In this document: in pieces, positions 50,699 to 60,320 of the stretch
Numbering within the stretch: the stretch's first letter is position 1
How the letters are laid out: every line of letters starts with the position of its first letter
Source: Octopus sinensis
Taxonomy: Eukaryota
Assembly: GCF_006345805.1 (NCBI RefSeq)
Contig: NC_043010.1
Location: 19,964,001 to 20,028,000 of the forward strand
Direction of reading: 5' to 3'
Length of the DNA: 64,000 bases
Program-made: the position numbers and the translations under genes
Notes under the pieces: model-generated
Seen by the model: the letters and a program-made list of their open reading frames with translations, nothing else
Told to the model about the DNA's origin: nothing
The model's database searches: none

Positions 50699-51385
50699 GG
50701 TACTACTTGAGAACAGTGGTCCCGGTGCGCGCACTCGCGTAGTCGCGCATCCGCGCTCGCTAGTCATGATTAATCGATCCTACAACGACTACCAAGCAAA
50801 GTAAATAAAACACAAAATAAATAATTTTTTTACACAAAGTAAATAATTTTTGTTAAACAAAGTGGATCTTTTCGGTTTGAACGGCAGTTTTTTCTAGCGG
50901 TGTCATATGAAATTGTCATCCATAATTATGACCGTGGTATCGATCTATTGTATTTCAATATGTTTTAGGGTTAGGGGTGGGGGGAAGGGTATCTTTTTTT
51001 CTTCACAAATGTAAATAAACCCAATCTGTTTCTTAAACGAGGGACATATTCATACGGCACAGAATGTTTTTTTTACCTCAATAGACGTCAGTGATTGGTT
51101 GAAATCGCAGAAATTGAAGAAAAAAACAACAAATATCTTACAAACTATAGAATTTTCTCAATAAAGCCAAGAGAAAAAGATGTTTTATAAACACATTCTA
51201 CCAGTATACGAAGTTTAAAATTTTTTTAGTTACCTAGAAATTATGTTAAAAACTGACGTTCAAAGTGAAAAGATCCAACAAAGTAAATAAAACAAAAAAA
51301 ACACAAAGTAAGGATCGACTAGTCATGACTAGCTAGCACGGATGCGCGAGTGCGCGCACCGGGACCACTGTTCTCAAGTAGTACC
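50699..51385. mobile_element. Non-autonomous TIR element with about 75-bp TIRs and a 13-bp TSD, carrying a nested MITE
   Basis: The first 41 bp of the TIRs are identical (GGTACTACTTGAGAACAGTGGTCCCGGTGCGCGCACTCGCG). aataagttctgtg flanks it at 50686-50698 and 51386-51398. Confidence 0.92.
50864..51276. mobile_element. Nested MITE (413 bp), GG-start TIRs and 8-bp TSD (Merlin-like)
   Basis: TIRs GGATCTTTTCGGTTTGAACGGCAGTTTT / AAAACTGACGTTCAAAGTGAAAAGATCC; TSD aacaaagt at 50856-50863 and 51277-51284. Confidence 0.88.
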
Positions 51386-51459
51386 AATAAGTTCTGTGTC
51401 CCTTCAGCAGTTTTATTTATATTTCTAGTCATACTTGACAAAATATTACATTCCACATT

Positions 51460-51559
51460 GTTACCAACGGATGTCTGTTCGTTTGAAGATCTTTGAAATA
51501 ATGGTCCACAGCGCTGCTCCTTAGAATTTCCGCTTTGTTATGTGTAAATAGTGGACGAG
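51460..51559 (+). other. SLU7: Probable non-coding first exon of SLU7 (start approximate)
   Basis: Strong donor GAG|GTAAGA at 51559/51560. The ATG exon at 55385 is preceded by a pyrimidine tract and AG, so an upstream exon is expected. Confidence 0.55.
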
Positions 51560-51841
51560 GTAAGAACCACGATTTCATGTTTCCGTTTATTTTGTTCCCC
51601 TTTTTTATGGATTTATATTTTAATTAAATTATTAAATATTTATATAATCTTAAAAACAGAAACACATTTGAGTTTAGTATCGCATTAAAATTTACCGTTT
51701 CGTAATTAGTGATTCGTTTCTGGTTCTTTGGTCTGTCAGCTGAAGATCCATGAACTTCAATTAAAACAGATGAAGCTATTTAATTCCTATTTCTTTACTA
51801 CCCTCAAGGGGCTGAAGCTATTTAATTCCAATCAAACCAAA

Positions 51842-52115
51842 GCATTCCTTCGATATAGCTCGACAAAGTCAAGACATTTCACTTGGGGTATTTCTGTGGT
51901 TTGTGGAGTTTAGATATAACGAAATTATGCCAGCAATGTCTCATTTTAAACTTGAAGAAAAAAAAAAGCCTTGCATATTTGTTCTCACCTGTTTCATGTG
52001 TGTATGTAAAATCCGCAAATTTCCAAGCAGAAAACAGAATCGAATTGTAATTTGCTTCCATGGAAATACCCAAAGTGAAGTATTTTGGTTTTGTCGAGTT
52101 ATATCGAAAGAATGC
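51842..52115. mobile_element. MITE with about 57-bp imperfect TIRs
   Basis: gcattccttcgatatagctcgacaaa...ggtatttc pairs with gaaatacc...tttgtcgagttatatcgaaagaatgc; no clear TSD. Confidence 0.75.
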
Positions 52116-52343
52116 CATATAATCTTAAAAACAGAAACATATTTGAGTTTAGTATCACATTAAAATTTACCGTTTCATAATTAGTAATTCGTTTATGATC
52201 ATTTGGTCTGTCAGCTGTAAAGTTTGGTTTTACAATGAACTGCAATTAAAACAGATGAAGCGATTTAATTCTAATCAAATCAATTATGTTTGTGTAATAA
52301 TTACAAAGTTCTGTTTCTGCCAGACTCTTTAAATGTAAATCAA

Positions 52344-52427
52344 GGCGGGGGTAAAGAATACGTATACCCCTGTTTTCGGCGTAACAAACCCCCTAAACCC
52401 CGGGTGTACGTATTCTTTACTTTCGCC
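52344..52427. mobile_element. 84-bp micro-MITE with 26-bp TIRs and 9-bp TSD (Mutator- or Merlin-like)
   Basis: TSD gtaaatcaa at 52335-52343 and 52428-52436; termini GGCG...CGCC. Confidence 0.85.
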
Positions 52428-52674
52428 GTAAATCAATATCTTCGAATAAATCATCCGGTTGTTTTGATTTGGCAATAATTAAGGTAGGGTTCAAATTCCG
52501 CCCAGGTCGACTTTGCCTTTCATCCTTTCGGGGTCGATAAATTAAGTACCAGTTGCATACTGAGGAATCAATCAAATCAACTGGCCTCCTCCCGCAAAAT
52601 TTCGGGCCTTGTACCTAGAGTAGAAAAGAATAATTGAGGTAGGCTCAGTTGTGCTGCTATTAATCCCGTATAAG

Positions 52675-54135
52675 AATTTATGTCATTTCTATAGATATGT
52701 ACCCTTCCGACTTTGTTGCCTCATAACCTCCAGAAGATTAGATACTTTTTAACGATATTTGCAAGAAATACAGCTGAGATGCCCTAGATTAAAAGTATGT
52801 AAGGATTTGCTGGAAAGAATTTTTCCGAGAGGGTGACGAAAGGAGTTTCGGAAAATTCACACGACCCAACTTTTTTTCCCCACAACTTTCATGCAAATTG
52901 ATATCTTTTAATGAAATTTTATTAAGATAAAATACCTTTCAAACGGCGGCATGGCATAGATTACGATTAGAAAGAAATTTGTTGGGAATTTTTTTTTTGT
53001 CTGAGGAGTGGAGAGAAGATTTCGGACCAGGGTGCCTACGTAAATTGGAATTTCTCCGTTTTGACAGGGATTTTCCCGTTTTTCTTTTTTGTTTTTTCAC
53101 CACAACCTTCGAAATGACGACGATCGTGTTTATGTGAAAAAATGATTTGGAAATTTTTTTTTTTTTTTTTCTTCACCACCTAACTCCAGGCCAATTTTGG
53201 CGAATTTTCTTGGCGCTTCGCACTTAAAAATCGTGGAAGCCTTTAAGGTGAAAGAAAAAAAAAGTGTGCGATTCAAGGGAGATAAGTAACAAAAAAAAAT
53301 GGTCTTTTAAATTTTTACCCCAACCAAGCGAGTCCGTGTGTGTGTAAGAAAAAGAATTTTCTACCTGAAATATGATATTAAAATAAATTATCTTTTACAT
53401 ACCTATAGATAAATCTCAGCAATGACCTTGTCAGACTCTCCAATATTTTAAAATTATAAACAAAATACAATCGGGGGGTGCGAAGTGGGGTTGAAAAAAA
53501 TCAAATTTTCAAATATTTTTTTTTACTGCATAAATTTGTTTATGAGGAGAAAAGTATTGAAAAGCCACAATACATGTAAGAGTGAGAATAAAAAACCAAG
53601 AGGGTGATCTTGGGATGTGCTAGAAACAATAGCCAAATCTCCCTTAAATTACACTTTTTCATCTGAAAATATTTACAAAAATCAGTCTGGAGGGAGTGGG
53701 AGCAATGAAAAAATAAAATCATATATTTTCAAAACTTTTTTCATAGAGAGATACCACCCGCCCCACATCATTTCAGAGGCTGTGGTGCAAAAGAATCAGA
53801 AAAATCCCTGTCAAAATGGAGCAGCTCCAACCTATGTTGGCTCCCTGATCCGAAACTCCTCTCCCCACTCTGTTGGAAAAATTTTTCCCAACAAATTTTT
53901 TATAATTGTAATCTATGCTGTTTGAAAGATACCCATTTTCCTGAAAGTTATGAGGTAAAATATGAGATTGTGTGAATTTTCCAAAACTCCTTTCACACCC
54001 TCTTAGAAAAATTCTCTCCAGCAAATCCTTACATATTCTAAATCTTTGGCATCTAAGCAAAAGTATCCATTTTTCTGGAGGTTATGAGGCAACAGAGCTG
54101 GAGGCATACATATCTGTACTTATGCCGAATTTATT
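52675..54135. mobile_element. Non-autonomous fold-back element with long (about 200 bp) diverged TIRs
   Basis: gttgcctcataacctccaga...gtaaggatttgctgga...gaaaattcacac (52715-52865) is mirrored at 53970-54095. Confidence 0.75.
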
Positions 54136-54229
54136 TCCAATTGTGTTTTTAAAAAAAGTTTGTAATTAGAGCAAAACTGTTCATTAAGGCAGTTTAATTG
54201 AGAAGTCTACATAATCATCATAATTCTTT

Positions 54230-54720
54230 GGTTTTGCAGTTCTATATTTAAGAGATGAAGAATTATGCTCATTATTTACATTTGTCTTGGGGAAATTTCA
54301 AACCTGGGTTTTCATTCCTAAGGTATTTTTCGATGTTATTATTCAGGTCACTGCTTGGAATCGAACTTGGAATTAGTAGCCCGCAATCTTAACCACTACG
54401 CCATATGCCCATGGGCAATTATGGAGTGAATTTTAGGTTTTATAAATCTAATATTTTCCTATCCTTCCTTAATACCAGTTCCCATATGCTACTCATATCT
54501 GCACTCGGTCTGCTTAGGAGGTTTTTGTGTCCTAGCATATGTGCTGCTTCTTTTAGTTTTCGTATTTTCCAGTGGTGTTCTCTGTTTATTATTTTAACTT
54601 CATCCCACAGGGGAAGGTGGTCTCCAAGACACCTGATGAAGGCTGGGGGGTATATCAGCGGAAACGTTGTATTAACAACAAACAAGATGAGGACAAATAT
54701 CAGTCAAATGTAAATAATCT
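54230..54720 (-). mobile_element. 5'-truncated Penelope (GIY-YIG C-terminus, tRNA-like segment, tail) with an inverted HHR-bearing piece at its 5' end
   Basis: ORF 54440-54622 reads HLPLWDEVKIINRE...KLKEAAHM. A tRNA-like head is at about 54350-54408 (-). A plus-strand HHR core is at 54633-54665. Confidence 0.8.
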
Positions 54721-55389
54721 TTGGTTTTGGGTTTGATCTCATTGTGCAGCACCATGGCAATTGACTTCTGCTATAACCTCATGTTGAAGGAGGGAACCAA
54801 AGCTAAACCATTCATCATCATCATCATCATCATTTAACATCTGCTTTGCATGGGTTGGATGGTTTGACTGAAAACTAGTAAGCCAAGGAGCTGCACCAAG
54901 TTCCAATCTGATTTCGCACTAGCACGGTATATCGCCAAGGGCCTTGGTCACCCATCACTGCCTCCATGAGGCCCAACACTTGAATGGAGCTTTTTATGTA
55001 CCACAGGCATGGGAGACAGTCAGACAGCACTGGCGTCGGCCAAGACTATGATTTCACGTGGCTTGACAGGTCTTCTCAAGCATAGCATATTGCCCAACAT
55101 TTGGTGAGTGCTTTTTACATGCCAGTTATGTGACACTGGCATCAGCCATGGCTACAGTTCATATTCTATAGTATATCTACGGTGTTACTCATAGCATATT
55201 ATTGCCCAAAAGACTGCCTTATTGCCACTTGTTACTTTATTGAGAATCCTATGAAAGGAATAAATTCTTAAGTTTAAGAATCTTGTTTGTTTTTAAAAAG
55301 TTGTAAAACATGAAAAAAATGTTTCTAAAACTTCAATGTTTTATTTTTAATTTTCTTTTTCTTCTAAAGTTGATTATTTCTTAGCTAGA

Positions 55390-55562
55390 ATGTCGTTCCA
55401 AGTGAATTTGCCACCCTCTGTGGTGACGAAAATGGCCATGTCTGAACAGACTGAGCAAGATGAGCCGAAAAAACAGTCTCGTGAGGATTGGAAAAAGATG
55501 AAGGAGTTAGAGGAGGCTCGTAAAGCTGGTACGGTTCCTGCAATGCAAGATGAGGAAGGAAA
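55390..55562 (+). CDS. SLU7: SLU7 first coding exon (MSFQVNLP...[17 protein letters not shown]...DEEGK)
   Basis: Matches the SLU7 N-terminus REDWRKKKELEE..K.G..P...DEEGK; donor GTAAG at 55563, phase 2. Confidence 0.93.
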
Positions 55563-56036
55563 GTAAGTCATCTCGTTTTTTTTCACTTTTTACTTCCTAA
55601 ATTTTTGGTGAGGTGTGTGGGGAACCAAAAACTCTTTCTAATTTCTCTCCTGTCAAAAACTAGATTTGAACTTCTCACTGTTGGAAAGGATTTTTGAATG
55701 TGGTCAGTTTTACTTGAAATTTTATTCCAGTTAAATGTATTTTATTAAAATACAAACTTGTTAAAAATTCTAATATGTTTGAAGCATATTTGAACCTGAA
55801 AAAAAACATTCATTGTATTTTGTGATGAAGAAAATTTCTTGCTGTAGATAAATAAATGTAAATACACTGAGTCAGCTTCCTGCGTACCCTGGCCCAGACT
55901 CTTTCGGCTGCTTTGCATTTCAGAGTGGTCGTCCTTCAGCAACAATATTTAATTGCTCCAAATAATCTGTTTTGAAATTTTTGAAGTGTTATCTGTCCAT
56001 GAAATATATTATTTTCTTTCCGTATTTTTCTTTCAG

Positions 56037-56187
56037 AGATATCAATCCCCATATTCCACAATATATTATGCAGGCCCCTTGGTATTTTGGGGCAGATAAA
56101 CCAACACTGAAACATCAGCGACCCCAGGAACAAAAGGAGAAATATTTTGCCAAGTTAGATGAGCACTACAAGAGAGGAGTAAAACAG
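56037..56187 (+). CDS. SLU7: SLU7 coding exon 2 ([16 protein letters not shown]...PTLKHQR)
   Basis: 151 nt, GT-AG, hallmark [10 protein letters not shown] motif. Confidence 0.96.
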
Positions 56188-56741
56188 GTGAGTTCTTTTC
56201 TTTGACAGTTCCTTTGAAATTCTAAATATTGACTTGTTAACCATTTTATGAAGGAACATCTTATTGTTTGCTTCTTAACCCTTTTGTGGCTATATTTCTT
56301 ATGATATACACCAAAGGTTCTCAATAGGGGACATTTGGAGCTTGAGTGGGGTGTTTTGGAGCAAAGGGACTCTCTTGTACCAAAGAGCACTCTTTCGATA
56401 GACAACATGTTGATCTCATAAGAGTCGCACGGTGGAAATAGACGTAATTGTCAAACTTATAATTTATTATTTCATTTTTTTTGCATTTCAATTTGTACAT
56501 CTGTTCTCCCAACTGTGTACAAGCGCATATGTAAAACAATGTTCTTTATTTTTTAATCATTATCTGCTGATATCAAAATAAGTAGTATATTGAAAAATCA
56601 AAATATTTTCTATGTGGGTGGGATCTGTGACTCTAAGGATCAAAATTTGGCCAAAATGGGTTGAGAAACTTTGATATACACTATCCACGATTTTAAAAAT
56701 AGCCAAGAATTTGGAAGGACTTAACTGAATAATTAATTTTT

Positions 56742-57020
56742 TCATACAGTTCTATATTTAAGAGATGAGGAATTAAGTACATTATTTACATTTGACAGAT
56801 ATTTGTCCTCATCTTGTTTGTTGTTAACACAACGTTTCAGCTGATATAAACTCCAGCCTTCATCAGTTGTCTTGGGGAAATTTCGCACCTGGGTTCTCAT
56901 TCCAAAGGTATTTTTCGCCGCCGCCAACGACGAGGAGGAGGAGGAGGAGGTCACTGCCTGGAATCGAACTTGGAATCTTGGTGTTAGAAGCCCACGCTCT
57001 TAATCACTACGCCATATGCC
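56742..57020 (-). mobile_element. tRNA-headed, HHR-containing short element (copy A)
   Basis: Minus strand: GGCATATGGCGTAGTG (A box) ... GTTCGATTCC (B box) ... CTGATGA...GAAACGTT (56866-56826) ... tail aaatgtaaataatg...ttaaatatagaactg. Confidence 0.85.
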
Positions 57021-57026
57021 TGCAAG

Positions 57027-57235
57027 CCCAAGATTCTGAATTTGATTCCAAGCAGTGACCTGAATAATAATAATACGAAGAAGAATGACATAAAAAAATA
57101 CCTTAGGAATGAGAACCCAGGTTCAAAATTTCCCCAAGACACCTGATGAAGGCTGGAGGGTATATCAGCCGAAACGTTGTGTTAACAACAAACAAGATGA
57201 GAGCAAATATCCATCAAATGTAAATAATGTAAATA
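57027..57235 (+). mobile_element. Head-truncated copy B of the same element, inverted relative to copy A
   Basis: Shares linker, HHR and tail with copy A and with 54230-54720. Confidence 0.85.
57138..57183 (+). ncRNA. Minimal type I hammerhead ribozyme motif
   Basis: GACAC-CTGATGA-A-GGCTG-gagggtatat-CAGCC-GAAAC-GT-T-GTGTT; stem I GACAC/GTGTT, stem II 5 bp, stem III reduced to palindromic ACGT. Confidence 0.72.
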
Positions 57236-57556
57236 ATGCTGCTGATGATGATGTTGATGGTAGATCAATGATGGTCTGTAGCAGAGTCTACTCTGTTGCA
57301 AGAGGAGGCAAGCACCATATCTTAATGTGCTGCTTCTTACAGGAGCTACTCTTGAGAGTTTTTCTTTTTCAACTCCTATATTTTCCCATCGGTGTCTGAA
57401 ACCCTTTAAAATAGTCAGGAACACTGCCCTTTCTGCTTTGAGTAAACCATTAAAATATTTAAGATAGAAATTACAATGTATGTCTCCAACAATAAAACCC
57501 TATCAGTGTGTTTTGTTTTGTCTTATATGACACGCTTTTATCTACTTGTTTCTTAG

Positions 57557-57637
57557 GTAGTCGTTGCTACTAAATACCGAAAAGGCTCTTGTGAGAACTG
57601 TGGATCAATGACACACAAAAAGAAAGATTGTTTAGAG
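57557..57637 (+). CDS. SLU7: SLU7 coding exon 3 (zinc knuckle [22 protein letters not shown])
   Basis: 81 nt, GT-AG, phase 0; translated by hand. Confidence 0.95.
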
Positions 57638-57714
57638 GTAAAGGACTTTTTTTATTGTGTTTTTATATAGCTACGTACATCCAAACATTTTTATATATAT
57701 ATATATATATACAT

Positions 57715-58575
57715 GCGGTGAATATACTGACGTCTAAATTAAGCAAAAATAGAAAATAACACTGACATCTCATTTTAACAGATATATTTATCAAAATTAC
57801 ATGAAAATATCTTGAAATACTAAAGAGTAAATTTATTCAATAAAATCGTCATTGGCTTCAACCATAACCTCCAGACAACTTCGGAATCTCTTGCACCTCT
57901 TCTGGATGGCCACCTTGTTTAAGTTGGTGAATGCTGCCATAATCTTTGGCTTCAGTTCATCTTTCGTGTTGGTCTCTCGCTCAACTGCACCCCACACATA
58001 ATAATCAAGGAGGTTGCAGTCTGGGGAGTTAGGTGGCCAGGAGTTAGGGGCGATGTTGTCGCAGAAATTGTCTGACAGTCATGACTAGGTTCTCCTGCTT
58101 GTGTGGCATGGTGCAGAGTCCTGTTATCAGACATAGGGTCTTCCAGCAGCCACCCTCTTGACCCAGGACAGCATTACCTCCCCCAAGCACATGATATTGG
58201 CCTCCATGTTGATTGTGAGGCTGTGTGGGAAGATGAATGGTGCATAACATAGCCATCACTAGTGATCACTCCAAAACACTATGATGTTGACTGGATGTTT
58301 GATTTTTATCACTCTTGGTACATTTCCTCAGATTGACACCCAAACACTCTGAAATGTTTGTACTGGAGCTTCCAGTGTGAATGCTAAGCAGTACAGCTTG
58401 TCGTTTCCAAATTTCTGGCAGAGTGAATTGTGTCATGCTGTTGCTTTTTGCACAGACGGTGCCTAAGCAACCCTACTATACTGCGTAGTCAACAAAATCA
58501 AAAACAAACAATGCGTACGCGTGAAATTTAAAATTTAAAATGGCGACAATTTACACATAACACCCTCTGTATGTG
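57715..58575 (-). mobile_element. Degraded Tc1/mariner (maT/DD37D-like) transposon remnant
   Basis: WPPNSPDCNLLDYYVWGAVERET near 58040-57975 and a KHPV..VF..(I)TSDG-like segment near 58290-58250; termini are poorly defined. Confidence 0.75.
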
Positions 58576-58771
58576 TATATATGTATATATATATAATATA
58601 TAGAGAAAAAAACCACTATTATGTAATTCAAACAATGATAGACATAAACAAAATCATAAATAATTGATAAAATATATTTTTATAAAACATAACTAGATCA
58701 CAAAAAGTATAAAAATGAATAATCAATATATAAGTTTGGAGATATACTCCCTAATATTATTATTATGTATG

Positions 58772-58803
<32 letters not shown>

Positions 58804-59348
58804 GAATTAGAGATATATAATTAGTATATATTTATACTGTGAAATTTGATTTAATACTAAACCTAATTTTTCCATGTAAGTTTGGAGCTATACTCCCTAA
58901 TATTATTAAATATATATATACACACATTTGTGTGTGCAGGCATGGCTGTATGGTTCATTATTCTGTGTGTAAGAAGAGGTATGTTACTGACTGAGATAGA
59001 TTGTTACTGTACATTCCTATTAAATTCATGTATGCACTTTAATAGCATTATTATATTGTTTTTATTTGTTTTATGATTATATCTTCAAGCCACCAAGCTA
59101 TTCGTCTAAGAAGATCAATTTGTATTTTTGTTTGTTGTAACACTTAAATTCAATAAATAAGTTAACAATCATTTCTTATACATGATCAATATGACCTAAC
59201 TGAATAACTTTCAATATTCATAGTACAATTTTGGCAGTGTTTTCAAACTTGTCAATGACAGGTGTTTCTGCTAGTAATCGCATATTTACTGCAAAGAAGA
59301 ATTTTGTTCTTATCTAAATTTATTTTTTCCATTTTTGTCAAATTTCAG

Positions 59349-59516
59349 CGTCCACGCCGAGTTGGTGCTAAATACACAGGTGATCACATAGCAGCTGATG
59401 AACATATCGTACCTGTAATGAACTATGATTATGATGGGAAAAGAGACATCTGGAATGGTTATGATCCTGAAGCACACCAAAAGAAACTCTTTGGAGAATA
59501 CTCAAAAATATTACAG
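59349..59516 (+). CDS. SLU7: SLU7 coding exon 4 (RPRRVGAKY...[14 protein letters not shown])
   Basis: 168 nt, GT-AG, phase 0. Confidence 0.95.
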
Positions 59517-59957
59517 GTAATAACAGGCTTTTGATGTTTCACAGCTAAGCAGTTACCTTGTGGTAGATTAAATCTGCCATTTTGAAGTAGTTGTCACATA
59601 TTATTGAGACAATGTCATATGTTGTTGTGAGGCAGTAAATTGCTTCTGTTTCATTGAAAGTCATATATTGTTGCAATACGAATGTCATATAGAAATGTGA
59701 GACCATATTGTATATTACCTGTGAAGGCCCAAGCTTAGCTGCACAGGTGTAAGCATAGCTGTATAGGCATAACAAGGCTGCATAGATGCAGGCTTGACTG
59801 TGTGGCTTGCTTCCCAACCATGTGGTTGCAGGTTCAGTTCCACTGTATAGTACCTTGGGTAACAGTCTCTGCTACAGCCTTTGGCTGACCAAAGTCTTGT
59901 GAGAAAATTTGGTAGACAAAAACTGAGAGGATAATCATATATATATACATAGATGCA

Positions 59958-60320
59958 GGAGTGGCTGTGTGGTAAATAGCTTGCTTACCAACCACATGGT
60001 TTTGGGTTCAGTCCCACTGCGTGGCACCTTGGGCAAGTGTCTTCTACTATAGCCTCAGGCCAACCAAAGTCTTGTGAGTGAATTTGGGAGATGGAGACTG
60101 AAAGAAGCCTGTCATATATATATGTTTGTGTGTATGCTTGTGTCTGTGTTTGTCTCCCCACCATCTCTTGACAACCGATGCTGGTGTGTTTATGTCCCCG
60201 TAACTTAGCAGTTTGGCAATAAAGACCTATAGAATAAGTACTTGGCTTACAAAGAATTAGTCCTGGGGTTGATTTGCTTGACTGAAGGCAGTGCTCCAGC
60301 ATGGCTGCAGTCAAAAGATA
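59958..60320 (+). mobile_element. CORE-like tRNA-derived SINE
   Basis: tRNA-like head, ccttgggcaagtgtc core and a body shared with several copies in the window. Confidence 0.8.

Larger units (their letters stand above)
50557..51470. promoter_or_regulatory. Inferred bidirectional promoter interval between NOA1 and SLU7
   Basis: Divergent gene orientation; transcription start sites are not observable from sequence alone. Confidence 0.55.

Noticed and set aside
50965-50977. TTAGGG dimer suggesting telomeric sequence
   Set aside because: Only two units, inside a MITE.
56277-56725. Possible piggyBac-type MITE starting TTAACCCTTTT
   Set aside because: The matching right TIR is too degenerate (aaggacTTAA) to support boundaries.
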